DNA of 64,000 bases from a virus, in IMG/VR virus record IMGVR_UViG_3300043811_000021, positions 32,001-96,000 of that record. One strand, given 5' to 3'. Shown here piece after piece: positions 34,026 through 44,960 of the stretch (positions are counted from its first letter, which is position 1; each line of letters starts with the position of its first letter). The notes under the pieces are model-generated. The model was given only the letters and a program-made list of their open reading frames with translations, did no database searches and was not told the DNA's origin. A program made the translations under genes and the position numbers.

Positions 34026-34294
34026 TCCCTTTTTCCCTCACAGTCAACTCCGCAAACTTGTCTATATCCACCACGCTCACAGCTTGTGCATCTACCAATT
34101 CACGGGGGACCATGAAATCCACAGGTCCGTAATCCCCTCGAATCCTGCAAATATCCGTCGCCTCTTCTTCAGAGTACTTTCCAGCTTTCTCAAGAAATGT
34201 GGAGTAACCATTGCGATTTTCAGCCCAAAATAGTATCACTCCCTGCGGCCACAATGCCTCATGTGACTTGGTTAAAATGTAGTATTCCTGTGGT

Positions 34295-34798
34295 TTAGGA
34301 CTTTGCACTATGACGCTCCTTTGCTCTCTCAATCAGAAAGTAATAAGCCACTTTGTTCCACTCTGCATCTCGCACGGCATTATGCTCTCCCTTTCCTTGC
34401 ACAGGGAGTTTAGGATTACCTATCGAAAGAGCTAGTTGTTTCAGGTCCAAGCAATACATAGGGAATCCATCAGGTAGATCGATCATTCTTCCAAAAATCT
34501 GACAGAAAACAACCCAGTCGTAATCTGAATAATATCCCCAGAATTCTGGCTTACCATAAAGTACAGGATTACAGAATTCCTTGATCGCTTCCGCAATTTC
34601 AACAAGAGAGCAGCGCACTTCTGTCCCTAATTGAGTAAGAACATTTTCCTTCACCCAATCGTTCGCGTCGTCCTGGTTAAATTCTGAACTGACAGCATAT
34701 ATACTCCTGCCATCTTCCGCTACGATGCCGATGCTGATCAGTTCGATAGGATTATGAGGCCCAGATTCGATGAACTCTGTATCCATGAAGTAGCGCAT
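34295..34798 (-). CDS. DEDDh 3'-5' exoribonuclease (Rv2179c/DUF5051-like)
   Basis: YFMDTEFIE...LISIGIVAEDGR...WGYYSDYDWV...HNAVRDAEW. Confidence 0.9.
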   Translation of the reverse strand: MRYFMDTEFIESGPHNPIELISIGIVAEDGRSIYAVSSEFNQDDANDWVKENVLTQLGTEVRCSLVEIAEAIKEFCNPVLYGKPEFWGYYSDYDWVVFCQIFGRMIDLPDGFPMYCLDLKQLALSIGNPKLPVQGKGEHNAVRDAEWNKVAYYFLIERAKERHSAKS

Positions 34799-35508
34799 AT
34801 CTCTCCCTATAGTCCTAAAGTTTTCCCCGCGTAAGGCTCAAACCTCTCTGCCTTCTTGCGCTTTGCACGGTAGATCAGAATCCTAACTCCTACCATTATT
34901 AGGTAAATGAATAACACTATCCCAGTGAAGAATACCGCCGTAGATACGTCGTTCATTGTGTTTGTCATCAACACACCTCAGTTCTTGCTGTTGGGAGCAG
35001 TTGCTTAAAGAACGCCTCGACTCCTGGCTTCCGATTCCACTCTTCCAGAAATTTACCCAATAGCCATGAACGGCATTTCGGACAAAGTTCAAAACTAAGG
35101 TATTCTGTCGCGTTATTTCCTGATGCGTCCGTACATCCTCCGATTACTACAGAGAATGAGTCCGGGAAATGATCGTTGTACTCAATCCCGCACTTGTCGC
35201 AGGTCTTTACCTCTACTTGTTGTCTCATTTCTTCCCTCTCTCTAGCTTCCGCGCTTCCAATTCAGTTCTAGTGTGTTTTTCCAATACATCCGCAACGAAC
35301 GATGACCCAACAGGAGAGCCTAGCCATTGAATAATCGTTGCAGCAACTTCCGCTTCGCGCTGGGTCACTTGTGTATGAGTAAAACAATCCTGCCCGTAAA
35401 GTAGGTATCCAAGAGTGCGCGGAGCCTGCTCTTCCCATGCTTCCGCGAAGGCTTTCTCAAGCGGGTTGCTGGCGAGTCTGTGACGGCTTAATCCTTCATG
35501 CCTTATAG

Positions 35509-35784
35509 TCATTTAGACTCCTTTGTTGCCTTCAACGCCCAAATTTTTTCCACTGGTATCTCCACAAACGCAGCAATCTTTAATGCTGAATCAAGGCTAG
35601 GGGTGCATCCATGCTCAATCTGGCAAAGAGTGGCATTGCTTACCTTTATTTCTCTTTCCACCTGCCGCAAAGTAATCCCTTTGCTCTCTCTCATCCCCTT
35701 AAGGTCGATAAGCAATCGTGTTTTGCTAGGTTTTTTTGTAGCCGCCAGTACTCGCTTGGAAGGCTTCATATCTGCAAATCTCAT
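35509..35784 (-). CDS. XRE/Cro-like helix-turn-helix regulator (leaderless)
   Basis: RESKGITLRQVE....VSNATLCQIEHG..PSL..ALKIA; TTGACA-17 nt-TAGCGT-6 nt-ATG. Confidence 0.88.
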   Translation of the reverse strand: MRFADMKPSKRVLAATKKPSKTRLLIDLKGMRESKGITLRQVEREIKVSNATLCQIEHGCTPSLDSALKIAAFVEIPVEKIWALKATKESK

Positions 35785-35790
35785 GGAGCC

Positions 35791-35871
35791 ACGCTATCAA
35801 ATACAAGTATGCTTGTCAAGTTTTATTTTGCTTTGTTTTTTACTTGACAATACAGATCGAATTATTATAGC
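35791..35871. promoter_or_regulatory. divergent promoter region at the strand switch
   Basis: Back-to-back TTGACA boxes at 35814-35819 (-) and 35844-35849 (+) around a T-rich spacer. Confidence 0.6.
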
Positions 35872-36220
35872 GTGTCAGCAGTGGGGAGAACGATGGAAAT
35901 TTGGTATGAAGCACATCTCACTTCTGGGATCATAGAAAAAGTTGAGGTTGAGAAGTTTACCGCCAATAACGTGTGGGTAAAGCGCGGCTACCAATACGTG
36001 AAACAGTGCAAGCGAGAAGATGCGTATACCAAATTCTGCCCAACTTTTGAAGAGGCATGGGAAGTATGTTTTCGTTATCTAAGTAAAAAGCAGGTAGATG
36101 CTCTCGAAGAACTCACTGAAACCCAAAAGAGATTGACTATCCTCGGCCTGCACTATAAAACAGATACATTACCCGAACCTCCAAAGTACGATACTCTGTT
36201 TGTCTTTACAGATGAAATGA

Positions 36221-37486
36221 TTGAAGGATAAAATGACAGAACGTAAAAACCTGTTAATTATCTCCGATGCCGTCGCAGCCTCAACAGGTCTTGCAAGGGT
36301 AGCCCGCGATCTAGCTGTCAGAATCAACACAAATCTGAGTGATGTTTACCGCATAGCAACAGCAGGGTTTGGCTCCGCTGGTTCGTCCAAGTTCCCGTGG
36401 CATCAGTACTTTTTAGAAGGCGTTTCCGACTGGGTTATCCCAACAATCCGTGAGATTATAGAAGATTTCGCAGGGGATGAAAAGTGTATTGTCCTTTTCA
36501 TCTGGGATGCTTCCCGCCTTGGCTGGTTTTCCCAACCTGACCGCATCGGCTCTGAGTCCTTAGCAAAGTTCCCCGGCCTAAAAGAATGGCTTCGTACTGC
36601 CAATATAGAAAGATGGACATATTCTCCAATCGATGCTTCTGGTCCTAACGACAGATTATCTTTTCCTCTAGGCTTAACTCTTGCGGGGTTTGACCGTATA
36701 TTAGCCTATGGAGATTTTGGAGAAGGAGTAATACGCAGGACTTTGGGAGAAGACGAATCTAATAAAAGGCATTTGACATGGCTCCCCCACGGCATCGATA
36801 CGTCAGTTTTTTATCCGCGTGACAGGTCAGCGTCTAGGCTATTTTTTCTTGAAAATACCAAAGCACAAACGATTCTCTCCATGTTTGGCGTTCCGGGTGT
36901 TGTTACTTCTCCTCTAGAAGAGGATGAGGTTTTGATCGGCGCAGTTGCTACAAATCAGCAGAGAAAGGACTGGACCTTAGCGATTGAAACCTGCGCAATT
37001 TTATCTCGCGATAGGAAGATCAGACTATGGATTCACACAGATTCTCTTGAGAGAGCGTGGAGTCTACCAAATCTCCTTATCGATTACGGTCTCATCGACA
37101 GAACGGTTATTTCATTAGGTCAGATTACAGACGAGAACCTAGCGATGGCTTACTCTGCGTGTGACATTACTTTAGGACCGGGAGCGGAAGGTTTCGGATT
37201 TCCTCTCGCAGAATCTTTGGCTTGTGGTACTCCGCTGGTAACAGGCTCTTACGCAGGGGCGAATGATTTTGTTCCGAAATGGTATCTAGTCGATCCTATT
37301 GGCTTTAGATATGAAGGGTCTTATTCTTGCAAACGTCCTGTGTATAATGCAAATGATTGGGCAAACAGAGCGGACTCATTGCTGTCTCGTCCTTGGCTTC
37401 GATCTGAGACTTCCTTACCTGATAGGATTGATTGGAATGTAAACTGGATTGCATGGGAGAAGTATCTTCGGGAGGCTGCTAAATGA
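36221..37486 (+). CDS. GT-B (GT4-like) glycosyltransferase
   Basis: ISD....TGLARV, PHGIDT..FYP, NQQRK, YSACD...EGFGFPLAESLACGTP. Confidence 0.9.
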   Translation: MKDKMTERKNLLIISDAVAASTGLARVARDLAVRINTNLSDVYRIATAGFGSAGSSKFPWHQYFLEGVSDWVIPTIREIIEDFAGDEKCIVLFIWDASRLGWFSQPDRIGSESLAKFPGLKEWLRTANIERWTYSPIDASGPNDRLSFPLGLTLAGFDRILAYGDFGEGVIRRTLGEDESNKRHLTWLPHGIDTSVFYPRDRSASRLFFLENTKAQTILSMFGVPGVVTSPLEEDEVLIGAVATNQQRKDWTLAIETCAILSRDRKIRLWIHTDSLERAWSLPNLLIDYGLIDRTVISLGQITDENLAMAYSACDITLGPGAEGFGFPLAESLACGTPLVTGSYAGANDFVPKWYLVDPIGFRYEGSYSCKRPVYNANDWANRADSLLSRPWLRSETSLPDRIDWNVNWIAWEKYLREAAK

Positions 37487-37565
37487 GCAAAGAGTTCTGG
37501 GAGATCATGTGTTTTGCCTGCTGGGGTGGGTTGTTGATCTATATAATTCTCGATAGGAGAGGTAG

Positions 37566-37901
37566 ATGATGCTAAGACTCCCTTATCCGCAAGTAATCCG
37601 TAAGCGCCCACGCAGATTCCATAGATTCCAGCCTATCATTTCGTTAATGAATGAGTACAACGATTGCGGTGTCTGCGATGAATGCATGGCGAACTTCGTA
37701 GCTCAAGTGGAGTACGAGCGTCCGGGTCATACATGGACTGTAATTGAAGGAAAATTGGTTTATATGGAGGATTTGGTCGCTACCTCTATGCTGGGCAGAC
37801 CACTAACCCCTAATGAGCAGGTTGTGCATAAAGATTCAAATCCAAGTAACAATAATCGCGCTAATCTTGAAATAGTCAAAATCAATAGTGATGCTATATG
37901 A
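37566..37901 (+). CDS. degenerate HNH_3-type endonuclease
   Basis: LGRPL...EQVVHKD.NPSNNNRANLE. Confidence 0.6.
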   Translation: MMLRLPYPQVIRKRPRRFHRFQPIISLMNEYNDCGVCDECMANFVAQVEYERPGHTWTVIEGKLVYMEDLVATSMLGRPLTPNEQVVHKDSNPSNNNRANLEIVKINSDAI

Positions 37902-38581
37902 AAGATGTAATCGTGATTTCAGCGATAACTGAACGTCGTCACATGATCGATGAATACGAAGATCAACTTGAGGCGTCTGGAATTGAATTCCATTTAGAGC
38001 CAATATCTCTAGAGAATGGAATCGTATCAATTACAGCCAGATGGAAGTTTGAACATATCGCCAAAATGTGTGAAAAGTTCTCTGAATACCAAAAAATCAT
38101 TTTCACAGATGCATGGGATGTTTTATTTTTCGGGACAAAAGAGGATTTATTGCGAAATATACCTGCTGGACCCCTAGTAAGCGCGGAGAGAAACCTTTGG
38201 CCAGAAGAGAATCTGGATTTCAGGCGTACACTCCGTAGCCCGTGGCGGTACTGCAATGCTGGAATGATGTGCGGTTCCCCTAGTGATTTCTTTGAATGGA
38301 CAGATCATGAACTTTCTATGCCAAATCTCGATTTAATGGAGCAAGCATATCTGAATCGCAAGATTGCAAGTGGCTCCTATGGGTTTAATCTCGATATTTA
38401 CACGTCACTTTTCTATACTGTCTCCTGCGATAGAGAGGATGGATCACTGCGCCTAAAGAACGGAAAACTGTGGAATTCCAAGTTCGATACATATCCTCAG
38501 TTCTTCCACTTTTCAGGGAAATGCTCCTCTGTCCCTTTTCGCGCTATGCTTAGAGGGATGGTTGACTCTCTTGTAGTGTGA
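37898..38581 (+). CDS. PLOD/LH3-like GT-A glycosyltransferase domain
   Basis: IIFTDAWDVLF, SAERNLWP, YCNAG..CG, EQ, P.FFHFSG. Confidence 0.75.
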   Translation: MKDVIVISAITERRHMIDEYEDQLEASGIEFHLEPISLENGIVSITARWKFEHIAKMCEKFSEYQKIIFTDAWDVLFFGTKEDLLRNIPAGPLVSAERNLWPEENLDFRRTLRSPWRYCNAGMMCGSPSDFFEWTDHELSMPNLDLMEQAYLNRKIASGSYGFNLDIYTSLFYTVSCDREDGSLRLKNGKLWNSKFDTYPQFFHFSGKCSSVPFRAMLRGMVDSLVV

Positions 38582-38606
38582 TGTAAAATGAGAATAAGGA
38601 GAAATA

Positions 38607-38909
38607 ATGGCTTTTCAGTATAACAACATTTCAGTAGACGATGCTCACATTAACGTGGACCTAACAGCGGACGGAACAAGTTCTTCTGTTTCGGTTCAAA
38701 TACCGACCGCTCTTCTCCACTTCCTTCAGATTGACGGGATTGGGTTTCCTTCTATAGTCGGTGCTCCGCCTACGTTTTCTTCAGAGATAGACTTCACTTC
38801 AATAACATTCAACTTCGACACCGGAGTTTTATCATTTTCTCTTAGCTCTGCTCCATCCTCTGGACAGCTTTGCGCACTAAGCCTAGTCTACGGGTACACG
38901 GCGAACTAG
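38607..38909 (+). CDS. small Ser/Thr-rich, beta-type protein
   Basis: AAGGAG ribosome-binding site; composition resembles the virion modules at 52-54 kb. Confidence 0.5.
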   Translation: MAFQYNNISVDDAHINVDLTADGTSSSVSVQIPTALLHFLQIDGIGFPSIVGAPPTFSSEIDFTSITFNFDTGVLSFSLSSAPSSGQLCALSLVYGYTAN

Positions 38910-38933
38910 ATCAAAGCAATCGGAGAGTTAACA

Positions 38934-39473
38934 ATGAACATTGAACGAGCAATCTCAACATGCGGGTGGATGTCAGAGGACGAATTATCCTACCTTGCGA
39001 GATGTGCAAGTAAGAGCGGTTCCATCGTTGAAATAGGAAGCTGGAAGGGTAGAAGCACTCTCGCTCTTGCTTGCAATACTCCGGGTATTGTCTACGCGGT
39101 AGACACATGGAAAGGAACAGAGCAGCAAGGAGATGAACTTAGTCTGCACGAAGAAGGATGGCTTCTTGAAGAGTTCAAACGAAATACGACAAACATTGAC
39201 AACATAGTTATATGCGAAGGGCCATCTGCGGAGATAGCAAAGCAAATGAGAGGTCACACTTTCGACATGATCTTTATCGACGGATACCACACATATGAGG
39301 GTGTGAAAGATGACATCCTTTCGTGGACTCCTATGCTGAAAACTGGTGGTATTCTATGCGGTCATGATTATATACCCCCATATTGGGACGGTCTTCTTAG
39401 GGCGGTCCATGAATTAGTACCTAATTTCCGCGTTGTAAAAGGGACCACTATCTGGACTACAGAAGAGGTATAA
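38934..39473 (+). CDS. class I SAM methyltransferase (Methyltransf_24-like)
   Basis: VEIGSWKGRST, AVDTW, DMIFIDGYHTYEGV..D...W...LK.GG...GHDY. Confidence 0.9.
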   Translation: MNIERAISTCGWMSEDELSYLARCASKSGSIVEIGSWKGRSTLALACNTPGIVYAVDTWKGTEQQGDELSLHEEGWLLEEFKRNTTNIDNIVICEGPSAEIAKQMRGHTFDMIFIDGYHTYEGVKDDILSWTPMLKTGGILCGHDYIPPYWDGLLRAVHELVPNFRVVKGTTIWTTEEV

Positions 39474-39474
39474 A

Positions 39475-40926
39475 TTGAGAGTATGTTTAATCTCGCCGCC
39501 TTCTCCTTTTGAATTAGACGAAAGAGTTTTCTGTGCCCTCGGAATACTTAAAATAGCCTCTGTTCTCGAAAGAGAAGGCCACCAAGTAGATCATATCGAT
39601 CTGTCTGGAGTAGAGAATTTTGAGGAGGCAGTTCGCGACTATTCAGGAGATGCGAAGGTTTTTGGAATAACGTCTACTACTCCGCAATTTCCGTCTGCTG
39701 TCCGAGTTACTAACGTTCTTCGAGAAGTTCCAGGAAGAAAAGTTATACTTGGAGGTCCGCATCCAACCTTGCTGCACTCAGCTTATAAAAGAGAGAAACA
39801 TAGAGCAGATGAACCGTTTCTTAGAATGCTTAAGCAGTTCGATGTGGTGGTAGCCGGTGACGGAGAAGATGCGATATTTTCCGCTATATCTCCATTCTCT
39901 CGTGGAGTAATTGATGCTGACGATCCTAAATCTCCTATGTGGCAAACATCGCAAAAGTTCACTGATTCTCCTTGGCCAGCACGTCATCTAGTAGACTTGG
40001 ATACTTACCATTACTCAATTGATGGCGCAAGGGCACTTCATTTAATTTCACAACTTGGCTGTCCAATGGCATGTTTCTTCTGTGCAGGGAGAAACTCATC
40101 CATGCTGCGTAGGATACGTAATAGACCTCCAGAGAATGTTATATCTGAGATTCTATATCTTCATAAGACATATGGGTATACTGGTTTCAACTTCTTTGAC
40201 GATGAATTGAATATCAACAAAAGCATGGTCGATCTTATGCGCAAGCTAAGACAGGAGTCTGACCGCCTTGGGGTTGAATGGAAATTACGAGGATTCGTAA
40301 AAGCTGAGCTATTTACCGAGGAGCAGGCTAAGGTTATGTATGATGCTGGATTTCGCTGGATTCTCACAGGTTTTGAGTCTGGATCGGAACGTATCCTCGT
40401 TAATATCCACAAAAATGCGACACGCGCAGACAATACTCGCTGTATGGAACTCGCACATTCTCACGGATTGAAAGTAAAAGCCCTTATGTCTATCGGACAT
40501 GCAGGGGAAAGCTACGATACTATAAATGAAACATACGAATGGCTTCTGGAAACTAAGCCCGATGAGTTAGACGTGACAGTTATCACTCCATACCCCGGAA
40601 GCCCTTATTGGGATGATGCTGAAGAAGTCGGCAGTGGAGTATGGAAGTTTGTTTCTGCTAAGACTGGCGATGCCCTATACATGAACAACGTAGATTTCAC
40701 GGAGACTGCCGACTACTATAAAGGCATTCCTGGAGAATATGTGAGCCATGTATGGACAGACCACATATCCGCAGAAGAGTTAGTGGTGCAGAGAGATTGG
40801 CTTGAGAAAGAGTCAAAGTCTAAACTCGGTATCAAGATGATTTCTCCTGTTCCGGCAATGCACTTTGAGCATTCTATGGGGATGTCGCCACAGATTCTTA
40901 GAAGTTCAATAACTGAGGGGGTATAG
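39475..40926 (+). CDS. B12-binding radical SAM enzyme
   Basis: LGILKIASVL, ILGGPHPT, GDGE, CPMACFFC (CxxxCxxC), FFDDE, GFESGSERIL, TPYPGSP. Confidence 0.92.
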   Translation: MRVCLISPPSPFELDERVFCALGILKIASVLEREGHQVDHIDLSGVENFEEAVRDYSGDAKVFGITSTTPQFPSAVRVTNVLREVPGRKVILGGPHPTLLHSAYKREKHRADEPFLRMLKQFDVVVAGDGEDAIFSAISPFSRGVIDADDPKSPMWQTSQKFTDSPWPARHLVDLDTYHYSIDGARALHLISQLGCPMACFFCAGRNSSMLRRIRNRPPENVISEILYLHKTYGYTGFNFFDDELNINKSMVDLMRKLRQESDRLGVEWKLRGFVKAELFTEEQAKVMYDAGFRWILTGFESGSERILVNIHKNATRADNTRCMELAHSHGLKVKALMSIGHAGESYDTINETYEWLLETKPDELDVTVITPYPGSPYWDDAEEVGSGVWKFVSAKTGDALYMNNVDFTETADYYKGIPGEYVSHVWTDHISAEELVVQRDWLEKESKSKLGIKMISPVPAMHFEHSMGMSPQILRSSITEGV

Positions 40927-41567
40927 TGTTCGATTCATTTGAAGTAGGGATACCGTTTGTCAACCGGGAAGATTTACTTAAAAACGCAGTCAGCAGCATC
41001 CAATCGATATGGGATAACACGGTAATCATCGATAACTCAGATGAAGGATTGAATCCTGATGACTGGATGGTAAAAATACTCAGACCTCCAGTTCCTCTTA
41101 GCGCGAGTCAGTCATTCAACTGGCTGAGAAAAAGGGCGATTAATTCAGGAAATTATGCGTGGGGATTCCTTCATAACGATGCGGTTGCTGGAGATGAGAC
41201 CGCAGATAAATTTGTTGATCTTCTTGAACAGCTAAAGAACGAGAATAGAAACTGGGGTGTAGCCTTCTCTCACTATGACACTTTTGCCTTTTACTCGACA
41301 GCAATGGAAATCGCTACAGGTCCGTGGGACGTAGCTCTCCCGCAATATTTCACCGACAATGACAAGTACCGCCGTTCCACCTTAGCTGGATTTGAAGTAA
41401 TTGAAAGTGGACTTCACGTAGATCATGTCGGTAGCCAAACTATCAACAGCGACCCTGTGTGGAAGTTAAAAAATTCAGTAACATTTCCACTGTATGGATC
41501 GTATTATGCTTCCAAGTGGGGCGGAAGTCCGGGAAACGAAACGTATCTTACTCCTTTTAATAGATGA
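40926..41567 (+). CDS. GT2-like glycosyltransferase
   Basis: IPFVNR.DLL, IIDNS, LHNDA, YFTDND, HVGSQTI. Confidence 0.75.
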   Translation: MFDSFEVGIPFVNREDLLKNAVSSIQSIWDNTVIIDNSDEGLNPDDWMVKILRPPVPLSASQSFNWLRKRAINSGNYAWGFLHNDAVAGDETADKFVDLLEQLKNENRNWGVAFSHYDTFAFYSTAMEIATGPWDVALPQYFTDNDKYRRSTLAGFEVIESGLHVDHVGSQTINSDPVWKLKNSVTFPLYGSYYASKWGGSPGNETYLTPFNR

Positions 41568-44500
41568 TGTTCTTTCATACTGCCGAACAAATCGCTCTAT
41601 GGGCTGCTGAGAAAGCCTCGCGTGAGGGATCGTACCGGATTCCAGAGGAGAAGCTGTTTGTCATGCTCGAACTGGTACGACAGAACTATTATCACGTCAT
41701 TTCGCCGGAAATAGAAGATGCTTGCAGAAAAACCGCTGGGATTTAATTCTTGCATTGAGGCGCAGGATAATGTAAGATTGTTGAATTGGAGGACAGATGA
41801 AGCATATCTGGGACGCAATCATCGCAAGGATAGTCTACTGGATTATTCCTAAGCCAAAGGAAGTTCTAAAACCAGGAATCTGCACATGCACTCATGCCCG
41901 CCATGCGCACGTTAACGGGAAAGGGAGATGTGTCGCAGAGTTTCCTCCAAAAGGAAGTCGGCCTAAGTGTTACTGCGCTTGCCAAATATTTATCCTAGAC
42001 GACGATGATGACGATGGTGGTGGGTTGCCTGATACACCTAGTCCTGAACTGCTTGAAAGCTGGTTTGCGAAATGAATTACCCAAACCAGCTTTACGTCGC
42101 CTTTGATGTTTGTGGGAACCCTTTTGCTGTGTCTCCATCTAAGGAAGATTTCTACTATCACGACCCAGAACGGATTAAGGATTATTTCAGTGAAGCAGTT
42201 ACTGGAGTTTTGGCTGATGGAAAAGTGAACTTAATGATCGAAGTTAATGATCTAAACTCAGAAAACGACAAACTTCGTGGTCTACTAGCCAAAGGCCAAG
42301 GTGATTGCGTCTACTGTGGTCTACCAGCAGAAGATATTGCAAGGTGTGCTCATGGTTTTCCGGGATGCGCTAGGATGGATGACATTGTGAATGCGCATGA
42401 GACAGCCAAGGACCAAGAGATTTTCGAGTTAAAGGGAATTATTTCAGGATTGCAGGATATTGACTCTGGAAGAGTGAAGTCATTCGATGACATTCAGAAA
42501 GGTCTACAAGATGGATGATGCTCCTGAAAATATACTTGGTATCTCTCAAAAAGAAAATCAGCGCCGTCAGAATTATCAACGCGCAGAGGCGTTCCTACGA
42601 TGGAAATTTGGTAACAACTACTACCATATAGAAGACTCCATTCGAGGCTCAGGCGAAGATTGGCCTTCACTATTTGTTGAATTTGTAGAGCGGGTAGAGG
42701 CTGATCTATTGTCTAGGATGCAGTATATTGAGCAAGCGCATTGGGACACGGTAATGATGAAGAAAATGATGGATGGGGTGACGTTGAGTGTGGATGATTT
42801 TTCTATCGGGAAGGAGATTAAATAATGAAGGCCAAAGACCTTATCAAATTATTACAAGACGAAGACCCTACAGGCGAAATCGAGTGCTGTATAGCAAACT
42901 CTGACATCCTATCTGTCCACACGGAACCAGCGTACTTGGATGGTAGACTCCAAATACTTGAGAGAGACCATTCACTTGATCCTTACTACAACATCATCGG
43001 GGCTAAAAGAACATGCAGAGGAAATAAGATCGTAATAACTCCATACTCAATTGACGATTATATAACCAACGACCCTGAGATCGCCAAGATAGATTACTCC
43101 GAAGTTGGGAGTGAGTCTTCTGCGCAGAACTACCGAGAAGCCGACGAAAGAATCCGACAAACTATGATCGCCATTCAGCTAGACGTTACCATAAAAGGAT
43201 TTTTTGAATGGGCATCTGGAATCTTAACCTCACTAAAACCAGACTCTAAACCAAATGAATTCAAGGGTTACTGCTCTGAGTTTTTTGTTAAAAATAGGAC
43301 TCTTCTTGAGGCGTATCCAGAATTACCTACAAGACAAGAAAAACATGGAGATCAAACTTATACAGTACATGCAAGTGTAAGAGAACGAGAGATTGCTCAC
43401 TGGAATAACGTAATAGAGTTCTCTCAGAGAACATGGGAGCCGACAATGAGGATTAAAAATGAGTTCAATACGGAGGTTGTAGAATGAGCGAATCTATCCA
43501 TATTACATCGATCACTCCACCAGAGCAAGGATGGACTATTGCGATGCACTGCCCAATCTGTAAGGAGACGGTGTTTATGTTGTCTCCCTATGCTGCAAAA
43601 CCACAGGATGGTGATTACTGGAAGATGCAAATGTGTGCAGACGATGTTAATGGATTTAAGCATAACATAGAACTTGGAATGAATGGTTCTTATGCTCCAA
43701 TGAACTTAGAGACAAGAAAACCATCATTCATGGTTCTTGATCCTATGTGCCCTCCGAGGTTCCCAAGCGTCTATGAGTATATGTTTTCACTGCCAATCGA
43801 AGAAGCAAAGAGACGGTATCCAGATACGCCGATAGAGGAGAAGAAGTAGATGCTGTACCTATGGGAAGATGGCTCAGTACATCGCGTTCCCCCTCCAACG
43901 GAAGAAGATAAGGCTCTATTCAGTTTACTATTTGCGCACCGCAAATTATTTGCAGGAGTTCCCAATGATCGATCTGAAACTGATAAACGATCTTCTGAGC
44001 AGAATCTCCTACAAGCCGGGATGGAATATCTTGATCGAAGAGGAAAGGGTTTTCTATAACGGTGACAATAATATAATTGTAAAGTGCATCTACGAAGGTT
44101 ACGAATCTAAAAACGCAGGATTTGAGCCACTATCCTTTGAAAGTGAGCGCGTATCTGAAACCAGAATGAGGATCAACCGCTCTCTTGGAAAGAGCTACAG
44201 ACAAGCAGATAAGTTCTGCTATTACAAAAGGTTTTCAAAGTACCAACTTGAAAACATGCCGCCTGAGCAGATCATCAAATACATCATAGGCGGTACAATC
44301 AAGGAAGCAGAGATGTACGAATTTGATAGGTGGTTTAAGTTTGACGGTGTACCAGTGTTTGAGTAGGAAAAGGAGTATATATGAGTTATTATGTACTCGG
44401 TCCAGTAAAAGTACAATGCGCGTATTGCGAGGGACATAAAGATGGTTCATTACCGGCTGAGCATTACCATACTATCCAGTTTGAATACGATGAAACTTGT

Positions 44501-44960
44501 GAATTCTTTTCTCTTGTTGTAGATGGAAAACTTCTGTTCAATGTCGATAGAACGGATATGAAGCCAATTGAAGACGAAATGAGGAGATTGTTATGAAAGC
44601 GAGAAAAGTTCTTTCGTGGTATCCAAATATTAAGAAATATCCTTTTTTGTCACAGCCAGTGCGGTTCCCTAGAAAGATGAAAAAGTTTTTTAATATTTTT
44701 CGCAATGGAGACTACTTTGATATATCAGAGGGAGAGGCTCAACAAATTATGGGGAGTTCTTATCACGCTGGGAGATATAGGCTGACAATTTTAGAGGATA
44801 AATATGACATTTCCATTCGGTGATGTAAAAGGAGAATATCGATGACAGAGAAGAAGACGTGTAAAAAATCAATGGTTCCGTCGGAAGGAAGATTTGAGTT
44901 TCATGGAACGAGGTTGTGGGATTCAATAGCGAAATGCTATTGGGTAAAGGAATACAGTAA

